38,890 bases of DNA from an uncultured virus (IMG/VR IMGVR_UViG_3300012665_000884) (IMGVR_UViG_3300012665_000884), one strand, 5' to 3'; positions 8,929-17,327 are shown, numbered from the stretch's first letter. Translations and numbers: made by a program. The notes: generated by a model from the letters alone, not told the origin.

Positions 8929-8991
8929 TACTTGACTAAACTTTGTGAGTACTTTTTACTGACTTGACATTTTCTCCATTCCTGGTATAAT
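8927..8991 (+). promoter_or_regulatory. Early promoter module
   Basis: AATACTTGACTAAACTTTGTGAGTACTTTTTACTGAC, TTGACA 8964, TATAAT 8986. Confidence 0.8.
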
Positions 8992-9130
8992 AGAGACTGA
9001 TTTAGAGAAAAGGAAGAAAATGCGATTCACCGTGATTACAAAGAATGGTAAAACCTTAGTATTCAATATCAAGGCTTGTGCTGAAATCTTCCTGCAGGCT
9101 TATGGTGGTGTTTTGTTTAGTAATGAAATC

Positions 9131-9182
9131 TTGACTGAAACAGTCGGGTATGACTTGACAAATACCGTGGAAACTGTATAAT
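9131..9182 (+). promoter_or_regulatory. Early promoter module
   Basis: GACTG-aaa-CAGTC palindrome, TTGACA 9155, TATAAT 9177. Confidence 0.75.
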
Positions 9183-9212
9183 AGACCCATGAAGACAGAA
9201 AAAGGAACTGAA

Positions 9213-9515
9213 ATGAATGATGTATTAGCCCTCACCCAAGAACTCTGTGGTGCTTTGGAAGCGAACTATGCCAAGACTGGTGCTTGTGCTTCCTGGAACT
9301 CCAGAACATATGTTATTGAAACTGGTCGCACGTACTACAAGGTTGTTATGGTAGAGACTTCTACCGGTAATCGTTCGGTCCATGCCTTCGTTGAGAAAAC
9401 AACTGGTTTGTTGTACAAGGCGGCTTCTTGGCGCTCTCCAGCAAAAGGTGCTCGGTATGACTTGAACAATGGTGTACCTGCTGTTGACTGGTCTGGTGGT
9501 TACTTGTATCGTTAA
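9213..9515 (+). CDS. Conserved phage hypothetical protein
   Basis: SVHAFVEK.TG.LYKAASW..PAKGARY and DWSGGYLY; AAGGA SD. Confidence 0.8.
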   Translation: MNDVLALTQELCGALEANYAKTGACASWNSRTYVIETGRTYYKVVMVETSTGNRSVHAFVEKTTGLLYKAASWRSPAKGARYDLNNGVPAVDWSGGYLYR

Positions 9516-9623
9516 GGAGAAAAGTTTTGTTTTATCGTTATGAATTGCCTATTTTGTTGTCATTGCTAGTGGTATCACTGGTACTGGTGTTTGTTGATGT
9601 TGCTGTTCTTTTTGGAGCCTAAT

Positions 9624-9788
9624 ATGAAAGTCTTGAAAACTTACGTGAATGCTGAAGGTATTTCTGTAACCGTCTATGCTACTGCCAAGGCTCGTCCTAC
9701 TGAGCGAACATGGCGCGGTAATGCGAAGTATTCGGTTGCTAACTTGGGTCGTAAACAATTAACTACTGGAAGCCGAGGTGTTGCGTAA
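9624..9788 (+). CDS. Small basic hypothetical protein
   Basis: GGAG SD before MKVLK. Confidence 0.65.
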   Translation: MKVLKTYVNAEGISVTVYATAKARPTERTWRGNAKYSVANLGRKQLTTGSRGVA

Positions 9789-9942
9789 TGGGTGCTTTTG
9801 AACAAATGGTGGCGTTTTTGGTTAAACGTGGTGAAAATAATGGATAATATCGGACTCATGATTATCGTAGCGTGTTTTGCGCTTGGGATTATGAATCTCG
9901 CTGTTGCTGTTAAATATTTGTTGTCGAAATAAGGAGTTTGTT

Positions 9943-10395
9943 ATGGGTTTAGATATGTACTTGTATGCCAAGCGTTATGTGTCAGAATATAGTCCTGGCG
10001 ATAAGGCTCTCCGCTCTGAGTTGGATAAACTGACAGAGTTGACTGGCGGCTTTCCTATCCAGGAAGTAAGTTGTGAAGTTGTGTACTGGCGCAAGGCTAA
10101 TGCTATCCACAAGTGGTTCGTTAAGAATGTCCAAGATGGTGTTGATAATTGTGCATCACACTATGTTTCCAGGGATAAACTGGAAAAACTTATGGAGTTG
10201 TGTAAAGAAGTCTTGGACAATCACAAAAAGGCTGATGAGTTACTACCTACTGGTAGCGGTTTCTTTTTCGGTGCTATTGACTATGATGAATACTACTTTG
10301 AAGAATTGCAAAGTACGGTAACCCGTCTGGAAAGACTTTTCTCTAATCCTGAAATCATGGATAACTTCCAGTTTGAATATCAATCGTCATGGTAA
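9943..10395 (+). CDS. Conserved phage hypothetical protein (MGLDMYL family)
   Basis: AAGGAG SD; YWRKANAIHKWF, LPTGSGFFFG, YQSSW. Confidence 0.8.
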   Translation: MGLDMYLYAKRYVSEYSPGDKALRSELDKLTELTGGFPIQEVSCEVVYWRKANAIHKWFVKNVQDGVDNCASHYVSRDKLEKLMELCKEVLDNHKKADELLPTGSGFFFGAIDYDEYYFEELQSTVTRLERLFSNPEIMDNFQFEYQSSW

Positions 10396-10586
10396 TCGTT
10401 AAGGCTGATATCAATAGAATGCTCTTGTCCCTAGTGGGTCGTGAGGAGCTAATTCCTGAATGGTGGAATTCCATGAACATCGGACTGTATGGTAAAACTC
10501 CTAATGAGTTGTATCAAAGTGGTGACGAAGGGCGGCAATTGGTGTATAATTACGTTCTTACATTCTACGAAGGAGGTTCAATGTGA
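10389..10586 (+). CDS. Hypothetical protein
   Basis: ORF track; WW...GKTP motif loosely reminiscent of Xre/MbcA C-terminal domains. Confidence 0.6.
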   Translation: MVIVKADINRMLLSLVGREELIPEWWNSMNIGLYGKTPNELYQSGDEGRQLVYNYVLTFYEGGSM

Positions 10587-10924
10587 GTTTAGATGTTGAC
10601 TTGATGGTGACTAAGCCTGTGTCTGTTTACAGTAATAACATTACCCATAACTTGGGTACGATGGCATCACATGTAAAATTGGGCGATGATCTGACATTGT
10701 ATGGAGTGCTGTGGAGACCTGAAGAAAAAGGTCTTTACTTTGCACGTGAAATTTCAGACTACTTGGACATTGCTTGGAATATTCTACTCAGTGAACCAAA
10801 TTTTTACAAGAACTTCAATCCAGAAAATGGTTGGGGTTCTTATGAAGGTTTATGTGATTTTGTTTATAAGTACAGGAATGCATGTTGGGATAATCCTGAC
10901 GCTGAATTGAGTGTGTGTCGATGA
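10583..10924 (+). CDS. Conserved phage hypothetical protein
   Basis: MSLDVDL, NITHNLG.MA, NPENGWGSYEG; GGAGG SD with GTG start. Confidence 0.75.
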   Translation: MSLDVDLMVTKPVSVYSNNITHNLGTMASHVKLGDDLTLYGVLWRPEEKGLYFAREISDYLDIAWNILLSEPNFYKNFNPENGWGSYEGLCDFVYKYRNACWDNPDAELSVCR

Positions 10925-11181
10925 TTAAATTACCTAAACAATGGAAACACTGGTGTAAACTGATGAAGTTGAAGCCAGAAAGTCGTGGCTATCGTTACCG
11001 TCACCAATATTTTGCTCTGATTGGTCGCGGTCGTCACTGGCGTGTTAACATGTATGGTGAATTTCAAATGAGTGAAAAGCACGAAACTTTTGACCGTTGG
11101 GCTAACTCAGTAGAAAAATCTGTACCAATGCCTCTGAATGAAAAACATTTTAAGAATGCTGTAAAGGCAATGTTGTCATGA
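10921..11181 (+). CDS. Hypothetical basic protein
   Basis: ATGA overlaps at both ends. Confidence 0.7.
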   Translation: MIKLPKQWKHWCKLMKLKPESRGYRYRHQYFALIGRGRHWRVNMYGEFQMSEKHETFDRWANSVEKSVPMPLNEKHFKNAVKAMLS

Positions 11182-12263
11182 AAGTGTTGATGCCGTTTAA
11201 GATTCATGATGGTAAAAGCATATACGACACCAAAGTTATGGGTGGCTTGGAGCGGTTTGCACAATTGCTCCTTAAAAATTCTATGCATGAGATTATTCCA
11301 TTTGAAATTACGGAGAAGATTCGTAAAGATGGTAATGCGGCAAAGTTAATCATTCAAGCGGCAAAGTTGAATTATGCTGATGTTATTTTGACGAACTATG
11401 ACACACCAACATATTCCACAAATTTGGTAACTGGTGAATTTCCTGTTGTTTGGATTTGGCACACAGCCGCAGATGGTAGCATTGGTAGGATCAAAGTTGT
11501 AAAAGATATGAAAGACTTTGTTGATGCTGGCGGTCACTTGTATTTTGTGAGTAAACACCAACATGATAAGTTTAATGCTATCAGTATGCGTATTCTCGGT
11601 CATCCTGTAAACGGTGTTCGTGGTTATGTGAATCCAGCATTCTGTGAAGGCTTTGAACAATACAATCCAAATGAACCTGTGTATGATGCTATCACAATCG
11701 GTAGAACGTCTTACATGAAGGATCCTTTCTGGGTTCACAATAAGTTAAAAAATTCTTCTCTTACGAGTGCTGTTATCACAACTGGTGGTCATCACTTGGA
11801 ATCGCCAAATGAGAAAAAATATTACGAAGACAATTTAAACTGGACTGAACCAAGGACTGTGTTCCGCGATTTGAATCACCGTGAAGTGCTTGATGTGATG
11901 AGCCGAGGAAGTGTGTTCATCTCCACTTGGCCTCTTGAGACTTGGGGTATCACAACGTTGGAATCTTTAAGCTATGGTCTACCAACAATTTTGTTGACCG
12001 ATAACACTTTGCATCATGCCAGTGAAATGATTGCCGCTGATCCTAGTCACATTAGATGTATACCAAAATCCACTAAACCTGAAGAGTTAGAAAAAGTAAT
12101 TTTGGAATTAAAGAATTATTCTGTTGACAAACGGAAACAAATTGCTATAATGACACATGAGAAACACAGCCGCGATGCATTCATGAAAATGTACGATACT
12201 GTGTTTACTGATGCTTTGAATTCTGGTGTAAGAAAAACAATCTTTGATGATTTATGGAATTAA
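11178..12263 (+). CDS. Glycosyltransferase, GT-B fold (GT4-like)
   Basis: N-terminal GGLERF, FVSKH, IGR, and STWPLETWGITTLESLSYGLPTI (E-x7-E motif). Confidence 0.8.
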   Translation: MKVLMPFKIHDGKSIYDTKVMGGLERFAQLLLKNSMHEIIPFEITEKIRKDGNAAKLIIQAAKLNYADVILTNYDTPTYSTNLVTGEFPVVWIWHTAADGSIGRIKVVKDMKDFVDAGGHLYFVSKHQHDKFNAISMRILGHPVNGVRGYVNPAFCEGFEQYNPNEPVYDAITIGRTSYMKDPFWVHNKLKNSSLTSAVITTGGHHLESPNEKKYYEDNLNWTEPRTVFRDLNHREVLDVMSRGSVFISTWPLETWGITTLESLSYGLPTILLTDNTLHHASEMIAADPSHIRCIPKSTKPEELEKVILELKNYSVDKRKQIAIMTHEKHSRDAFMKMYDTVFTDALNSGVRKTIFDDLWN

Positions 12264-12264
12264 C

Positions 12265-12588
12265 ATGAAAAATATTGAGAACAAACTTTATAAAGATGGT
12301 ATGACTGCTATTCTGGTATCTTCTGGGTACGGTGCAGGATGGTCTACTTGGATGCCTAGTTATCCGGAATGTGTGTTCGATCCCGTATTGGCTCAGATGG
12401 TAATTGATGACGTGGATTATCAACAAATGCTGGAATATTGTGAAATGAGATATCCTGATGCATATTATGGTGGTCTTGAAGATATTGAAATCCAATGGCT
12501 AAAACCAGGAACTCTATTCCGAATAAACGAATATGACGGTAGTGAGAGTGTTGAAGTTTTGGATGAAGTGAACTGGATGATGGCATGA
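12265..12588 (+). CDS. Conserved phage hypothetical protein
   Basis: SSGYGAGWSTW...FRINEYDGSESV. Confidence 0.75.
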   Translation: MKNIENKLYKDGMTAILVSSGYGAGWSTWMPSYPECVFDPVLAQMVIDDVDYQQMLEYCEMRYPDAYYGGLEDIEIQWLKPGTLFRINEYDGSESVEVLDEVNWMMA

Positions 12589-12815
12589 AAACTATTGAAA
12601 AATTTATTGATTTGATGGACAGTGAGTTGAGTGTCATTGAACGATTGTGGATGACGTATGATGGATACATCCGTGAAGAATATGAATCTGCCATGAGTGA
12701 CCAATTCTATTACTTGTTTTTTGTAGACCAGTATGAAGAAGCGATTAAAGAATTAACGAGTGAGGAATTGAATTGTTATTCGAATCTGCGCCAATTTAAG
12801 ATGGAGTTAGTATGA
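12585..12815 (+). CDS. Hypothetical acidic protein
   Basis: ATGA overlaps. Confidence 0.65.
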   Translation: MKTIEKFIDLMDSELSVIERLWMTYDGYIREEYESAMSDQFYYLFFVDQYEEAIKELTSEELNCYSNLRQFKMELV

Positions 12816-13021
12816 GTAAAGTGCAAGAGTTGGGTGAGTTGTTTGCGTTGCGTATGGCTATGCGCTTTGCGACACCTGGAATGACATGGAGTTTTAGTCG
12901 GTTACTACAGACTACAAAAGAGTCCGAGTTGAAAGGTGTTGACTTGGATTTGTTAGAGTTGTACACTTTGGTGCTGATGCCAGTTGCTTTGGTCAAACTC
13001 ACAAGCGGAAAGACAATCTGA
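12812..13021 (+). CDS. Hypothetical protein
   Basis: GGAG SD; coupled to neighbours. Confidence 0.55.
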   Translation: MSKVQELGELFALRMAMRFATPGMTWSFSRLLQTTKESELKGVDLDLLELYTLVLMPVALVKLTSGKTI

Positions 13022-13290
13022 TGCGTAAACGACAAATTGAAGAAATGGTCGACAAAGATATTGATGATGCTGAAATGGAAAATGAAATGACACGTGGACT
13101 AGAAATTGATTTTGAAACTGCTGACCGTATTGTTGTATTGTCATTACGAGAGCATTTAGAATATTTGCGTACCGAACAACTAGAGATTGAATCAATGGAT
13201 AGTGTGCCTGGTCATAAACAGGCAGATTATTTTGATAATCGTGAAATTACTACTGCGATAGAAAAAGTTTTAGCGTACTACGGAGATTAA
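13021..13290 (+). CDS. Hypothetical protein
   Basis: LEIDFETADRIVVLSL...LAYYG. Confidence 0.7.
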   Translation: MRKRQIEEMVDKDIDDAEMENEMTRGLEIDFETADRIVVLSLREHLEYLRTEQLEIESMDSVPGHKQADYFDNREITTAIEKVLAYYGD

Positions 13291-13579
13291 TTATGGACTT
13301 AGTTTGGCTTGTATACGGCATTAGTTTGCTGAGTGGTTTTAGTGGAATGTTAACTGCTGCCGCTGAGAAGGCCGCGAAAGGTAAAAAGTAATGAGAGAAT
13401 TCTTAGATGAAATTCATAGTATGGTTTTTACACATTCTCTGAATATTTTTGACCTTTGGGCTCTTGTTACGATTAGTACACTTGCCGCAGAATATTCTGC
13501 TTGGTTCTGGTTGATGTTGATTCCGTGTGTGGTTGTCTCAATTAAAGAAAACAATAAATTGTAAACCAAAGTATACACT

Positions 13580-13649
13580 GTTGTATTTTTGCAACTTATA
13601 CGAAACACTTTTAAAAAGTGCTTGACAAATTGTTCCAACCTGCTATACT
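13580..13649 (+). promoter_or_regulatory. Promoter with upstream GTTG-N8-CAAC site
   Basis: GTTGtatttttgCAAC 13580-13595, TTGACA 13622, TGcTATACT ending 13649. Confidence 0.75.
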
Positions 13650-13655
13650 AATAAC

Positions 13656-13877
13656 ATGTTAAAAGTTATTGAGTTTGTTGGTGTTTTTTGTGGTATCGTA
13701 GGTTCATTCCTTGTTGCCAGAGGTTTTCTCGAAATTGGTTTCTGTCTGTTCTTAGTGTCGTCAATTGCACTATGTTACTCCGCAGTAAAACAAAAGAATT
13801 GGAACTTAACTTTGTTGCAAAGTGCTTTCCTATTCTCAAATATTTTGGGTGTGTCTAACTATGTTTTTGGAGTTTAA
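13656..13877 (+). CDS. Small membrane protein with three TM segments, probably leaderless
   Basis: Three hydrophobic segments; ATG 6 nt after the -10. Confidence 0.75.
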   Translation: MLKVIEFVGVFCGIVGSFLVARGFLEIGFCLFLVSSIALCYSAVKQKNWNLTLLQSAFLFSNILGVSNYVFGV

Positions 13878-13878
13878 T

Positions 13879-14025
13879 ATGAGTAAAATGTCTGACCTTG
13901 ATTTGCAAATTCGTGACTTGATTGAAAACGGCTATGATGCCGAGGCAATTTCCTTAATTTTGGATGTGCCACAATCTTGGGTGTATGAAATTTCTGGAGA
14001 AATTAATGATGAATGTTTTGAGTAA
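13879..14025 (+). CDS. Small HTH-like protein
   Basis: GGAG SD; GYDAEAISLILDVPQSWVYE. Confidence 0.65.
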   Translation: MSKMSDLDLQIRDLIENGYDAEAISLILDVPQSWVYEISGEINDECFE

Positions 14026-14200
14026 TATCGGTGCATGGTTCAAAGAGTATGATGATGAAATCACATGGTTTCTAATTGGCTCGTTGTTTGCGGATGGTGT
14101 CAATGAAATTAACAAAAGTGTTCCTTTTGGATTATTTTTACTGTTTATTTCTGCCGTCCTCTGGGTTATCTACATGAGAGAATTGAAAGGTCGTAAATGA
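14006..14200 (+). CDS. Small membrane protein
   Basis: GGAG SD; hydrophobic segments. Confidence 0.65.
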   Translation: MMNVLSNIGAWFKEYDDEITWFLIGSLFADGVNEINKSVPFGLFLLFISAVLWVIYMRELKGRK

Positions 14201-14433
14201 GCCGCTATATTTCCGTGAACGTTGATGTTGATTTGTCTGATTTTGATACCGAAGATTTGGTTGAAGAATTGGATGCCCGCGGCCGCCACCCGAGCGGCCA
14301 TTTTAAAGAAGCGGATCCATATACAATACAAAGAAGTTTGCTTGATAAAATCTTTCACAAGCGCCGTGAAGGTAAAGATTACGAAAAAGAATTGGACGAA
14401 TACCTATACATCGTGACGGGTCGTGCTATATAA
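14197..14433 (+). CDS. Hypothetical protein
   Basis: VDVDLSDFDTEDLVEELDARG. Confidence 0.75.
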   Translation: MSRYISVNVDVDLSDFDTEDLVEELDARGRHPSGHFKEADPYTIQRSLLDKIFHKRREGKDYEKELDEYLYIVTGRAI

Positions 14434-14562
14434 AGATTATGATGAAGCCAAGAAATTTAGTTGCTAAAGACTTACGCACACCGAAGTATCGGATGCGTGT
14501 TGTCGCCTTGGCTATAGCATACAATCGTAAAAAAGAAGAAGCCAAGTTAAAAAAGGAATTGC

Positions 14563-14934
14563 ATGAGAAAACATACTGAAATGCAGGAGTACGATGGTTT
14601 TCTTTTCTTGCCGTCCGATGAAGAGGAAGATGATGAAGATACGTTGGAGTTTCGATTCATTAAGTATAAACAAGATTTTGGTCCTGCTGTAGAAGGCAAT
14701 GACATTGGTGAAAAATATCACGTGGCATTTTTTAAGCGTGATGAAGAAGGTAAGTTCCACTTTGATGAAGAGTTTGAGGCAATTTTCTCAGACCCAATGA
14801 CTTATGCAAAAGGACTTATCGGATACAATCTGTTTGGTACGATTGTGAAAAAGAAAGAAAATACCAGGCCATGGTTCGATGAATACTTGACAGATATCAA
14901 GGCAAGTGTTACAATGAGTGATGTAAAAAGTTAA
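14563..14934 (+). CDS. Hypothetical acidic protein
   Basis: AAGGA SD; ORF track. Confidence 0.75.
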   Translation: MRKHTEMQEYDGFLFLPSDEEEDDEDTLEFRFIKYKQDFGPAVEGNDIGEKYHVAFFKRDEEGKFHFDEEFEAIFSDPMTYAKGLIGYNLFGTIVKKKENTRPWFDEYLTDIKASVTMSDVKS

Positions 14935-14943
14935 GGAGTTGTT

Positions 14944-15246
14944 ATGATTAAGAGTGAGTTCAAAAGTATGTTTCTGAATGACGCCGAACACCAAGAGTGG
15001 TTGTTAGGTGTTTTGCGTTCTGGTCCTGTTACTGTTAACTTCATGAAAGTTGATGGTACCGAACGTGCTATGTCATGTACACTTGACGAATCAATTATCC
15101 CGGATGAATTTGCTCCAAAAGCAAAAGAAGAAGGTGCAGTTGAACGTAAGAAGTCTACGGAATCAGTTGCTGTGTTTGACCTTGAGAAAGAGGGTTGGCG
15201 TTCGTTCCGTTGGGATTCAATTAAATCTATCACACTAGAGGCATAA
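14944..15246 (+). CDS. WYL_2 / Sm-like SH3 beta-barrel protein
   Basis: VTVNFMKVDGTERAMSCTL...VAVFDLEKEGWRSFRWDSI. Confidence 0.8.
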   Translation: MIKSEFKSMFLNDAEHQEWLLGVLRSGPVTVNFMKVDGTERAMSCTLDESIIPDEFAPKAKEEGAVERKKSTESVAVFDLEKEGWRSFRWDSIKSITLEA

Positions 15247-15248
15247 TC

Positions 15249-15527
15249 ATGGTATCAATCGTAAAATCGGAGTGGCACCAAGTTGAGAAACGTTATGAGG
15301 TTGAAATTGACCGCGAACTATTTGGTGAAATTTATTGTGAAATTCAAGATCAAGCTGAACTTGATTTGATGTATCTCCAGTTTGAGGCTGGTGAAATTTC
15401 CGCCGATGAAGTGATGGAAAAAGCATACAATGAAGGACCAGACCTCGACTGGGACTGGCTTGATGAAGATGACTGGTGGACAGACCGCAAAGGTGGTTAC
15501 GAAGTAACTTATGAGGTGCAAGTATGA
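15249..15527 (+). CDS. Hypothetical acidic protein
   Basis: GAGG SD; DWWTDRKGGYEVTY. Confidence 0.75.
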   Translation: MVSIVKSEWHQVEKRYEVEIDRELFGEIYCEIQDQAELDLMYLQFEAGEISADEVMEKAYNEGPDLDWDWLDEDDWWTDRKGGYEVTYEVQV

Positions 15528-15919
15528 GTGTATCATGGACAGTAAGCCCAACTTGGAAAAAATCTCTCATTGAACGTCAACACTGGATTAACGGTGAAGA
15601 ACCTGATAAACGTTTCTATATTGATACATGCTGGCGCGGTGGTTCATTCACGGTTTATACCGATGATGATAATCCTCCAAAAATTGAAGCTGGTGTAGAT
15701 ATTTACGATTGTGGATATGATACGGAGTTGATTGAGTGTTTCGATGGATGTTCCGAAGAATATAATTTTGATGACCTTGATTCATTTGAGATTGTACAAT
15801 GGTTAAAAGAATTCTTGGAAGAAAATTCCATGTATGATTTGGAAGAACATGGTTGGTATTTAAGTGATACCGAAATGTTCATCGAATGTGATTTGGAGAT
15901 TACAAAGGACGAACAATGA
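15524..15919 (+). CDS. Hypothetical acidic protein
   Basis: GAGG SD; ATGA overlaps. Confidence 0.75.
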   Translation: MSVSWTVSPTWKKSLIERQHWINGEEPDKRFYIDTCWRGGSFTVYTDDDNPPKIEAGVDIYDCGYDTELIECFDGCSEEYNFDDLDSFEIVQWLKEFLEENSMYDLEEHGWYLSDTEMFIECDLEITKDEQ

Positions 15920-16206
15920 AAAAGTATATTGTAGAAACTGTTTCCTCATACAGAATGGTTCATGTGGTTGAAGTTGAGGACGAAAGTGATATTCCTTTAC
16001 TGACGAAAAACGCTGACGATAACTGGCAACAACACCTTGGTGAATTGCAGTTTGACATTACGGAATATTCGGAAGAAAAGATTGCACGATTCCGTGAGAA
16101 GGATTATTTCTGGGATGGTGTTTCATTTATTAGTGAAGATGGCTTTATCAAGTACAAGTACCCGAATGGTGAAATTCGTGATGCACATGCGATAAAAGTA
16201 AAATAA
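15916..16206 (+). CDS. Hypothetical protein
   Basis: MKKYIVETVSSYRMVHVVE...QHLGE. Confidence 0.75.
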   Translation: MKKYIVETVSSYRMVHVVEVEDESDIPLLTKNADDNWQQHLGELQFDITEYSEEKIARFREKDYFWDGVSFISEDGFIKYKYPNGEIRDAHAIKVK

Positions 16207-16230
16207 TTTAAAAATATTTGAAAAAACCTA

Positions 16231-16259
16231 TTGACAAAAGAAAAAAAAGCATATATAAT
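16231..16259 (+). promoter_or_regulatory. Consensus sigma70 promoter for the leader ORF
   Basis: TTGACA-17-TATAAT; predicted +1 near 16266, the A of the ATG. Confidence 0.85.
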
Positions 16260-16265
16260 AACACT

Positions 16266-16382
16266 ATGATGAAATTATCACATTCCCCTAAACAGCCGTC
16301 ACGATTGAATTCGTGGACGCTCGGCTATTGCTTTGATACGGCGATTGAGGGAAGTGGGTATTGTGAAGGTAGGGATGGCTAA
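16266..16382 (+). CDS. Putative leaderless leader peptide (38 aa) of the tRNA array
   Basis: MMKLSHSPKQPSRLNSWTLGYCFDTAIEGSGYCEGRDG; lies between a promoter and a terminator. Confidence 0.6.
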   Translation: MMKLSHSPKQPSRLNSWTLGYCFDTAIEGSGYCEGRDG

Positions 16383-16404
16383 ATAAAAGTCTCCTCAAGT
16401 TCAC

Positions 16405-16435
16405 AAGCCCTAGTCCAAAAAACTAGGGCTTTTTT
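16405..16435 (+). terminator. Rho-independent terminator, candidate attenuator
   Basis: AAGCCCTAGT-ccaaaaa-ACTAGGGCTT plus T-tract; its 5' arm can alternatively pair with 16356-16367. Confidence 0.85.
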
Positions 16436-16442
16436 CTTATGC

Positions 16443-16503
16443 GTTGTTTGTTTACAACATATACGAAAAAAAGATTGACATTAGCATCGTTCTATTGTAA
16501 AAT
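16443..16503 (+). promoter_or_regulatory. Promoter with upstream GTTG-N8-CAAC site
   Basis: GTTGtttgtttaCAAC 16443-16458, TTGACA 16475, TAAAAT 16498. Confidence 0.75.
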
Positions 16504-16509
16504 ACAATC

Positions 16510-16536
16510 TGTTCTTTAAAAAGTTGTAGAGTAAAT
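16510..16536 (+). promoter_or_regulatory. boxA-like leader, copy 1
   Basis: TGTTCTTTAAAAAGTTGTAGAGTAAAT resembles rrn boxA TGCTCTTTAACA; repeated at 17301. Confidence 0.65.
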
Positions 16537-16539
16537 TGT

Positions 16540-16613
16540 TGGGGCATTGTGTAGTGGTAGCACAACGGTCTTTGAAGCCGTTAGTACTGGTTCGATTCCA
16601 GTTGCCCCTGCCA
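16540..16613 (+). tRNA. tRNA-Gln(TTG)
   Basis: Cloverleaf; ACGGT-ctTTGaa-GCCGT; encoded CCA. Confidence 0.92.
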
Positions 16614-16689
16614 TATGAAAACACATTAGTCGGTCATGCCTTGGCTGGGTAAAGATTGGCAAACCAATCGCTAGTGTGTTTCCATATGG
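16611..16689 (+). ncRNA. Inter-tRNA stem cassette A (putative three-way-junction RNA)
   Basis: CCATATGAAAACACATTAG pairs with CTAGTGTGTTTCCATATGG; internal hairpins CGGTCA/TGGCTG and GATTGG/CCAATC. Confidence 0.6.
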
Positions 16690-16782
16690 AGAGTAATGCA
16701 GGTGGGATGGTCCGCCGACGTGCCTTGAAAACACGGTTCTGCTGAATAAGTGGATGGGGTTCGACTCCTCTGCTCTCCGCCA
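16688..16782 (+). tRNA. tRNA-Ser(TGA), 8/4-type
   Basis: 8-bp acceptor GGAGAGTA/TGCTCTCC, 4-bp T stem, long variable arm, G73, CCA. Confidence 0.85.
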
Positions 16783-16788
16783 AATAAT

Positions 16789-16878
16789 GGTGAGGTCCTA
16801 TAATGGTATTAGAGCGGATTGCTAATCCGTCGGTCGGCGAAAGTTGGCTTCTGGGTTCGAGTCCCAGTCTCACCGCCA
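16789..16878 (+). tRNA. tRNA-Ser(GCT)
   Basis: GCGGA-ttGCTaa-TCCGT; long variable arm; GCCA end. Confidence 0.92.
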
Positions 16879-16891
16879 AAGAAAGATAATT

Positions 16892-17131
16892 ATGTGGAAT
16901 ATTAAAATTGAAAATGGAATGATATTGAATGCAAGTCCAACTTTGGATGATGCAATGAAGTTCGCAAAAAGTTATAACAAGTTTGTAATCATCACCGATG
17001 GTACTACCGAGATTGTAGGCAAGTTCGGTGTTGATGCAGTTGAAGACAAGATTCTACCTGATGGTGAATCATACACTTGGACAATGCGTAGGGATGAAAC
17101 TCACCGCAGTTCAAGAAAAAAGTTAGTGTAG
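16892..17131 (+). CDS. Conserved phage hypothetical protein within the tRNA array
   Basis: MWNIKIENG...EIVGKFGVDAVEDKILPDGESYTW; stop overlaps the tRNA-Cys 5' end. Confidence 0.75.
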   Translation: MWNIKIENGMILNASPTLDDAMKFAKSYNKFVIITDGTTEIVGKFGVDAVEDKILPDGESYTWTMRRDETHRSSRKKLV

Positions 17132-17205
17132 CGGTGGCAGAGTGGTCAATTGCAACGGATTGCAAATCCGTAAAGTCGTGAGTTCAAATCTCACCCGCTA
17201 CTCCA
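17128..17205 (+). tRNA. tRNA-Cys(GCA)
   Basis: ACGGA-ttGCAaa-TCCGT; U73; CCA. Confidence 0.92.
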
Positions 17206-17275
17206 GTTGTTAAAAAACAACAAATCAAAAATATTTTGAAAAAGTTGTTGACAAAGTTTGTGGATGTGTTATACT
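17206..17275 (+). promoter_or_regulatory. Promoter with upstream GTTG-N8-CAAC site
   Basis: GTTGttaaaaaaCAAC 17206-17221, TTGACA 17248, TGtTATACT ending 17275. Confidence 0.75.
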
Positions 17276-17300
17276 TCATCCATGAGTTGAGAAATCAACA

Positions 17301-17327
17301 TGTTCTTTAAAAATTTGTAGAGTAAAT
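17301..17327 (+). promoter_or_regulatory. boxA-like leader, copy 2
   Basis: TGTTCTTTAAAAATTTGTAGAGTAAAT, 26/27 identical to 16510-16536. Confidence 0.65.

Noticed and set aside
4287..8991. CRISPR-like array from recurring 30-40 bp repeats
   Set aside because: Spacing is irregular (hundreds of bp), and the repeats are promoter modules or coding blocks separated by genes
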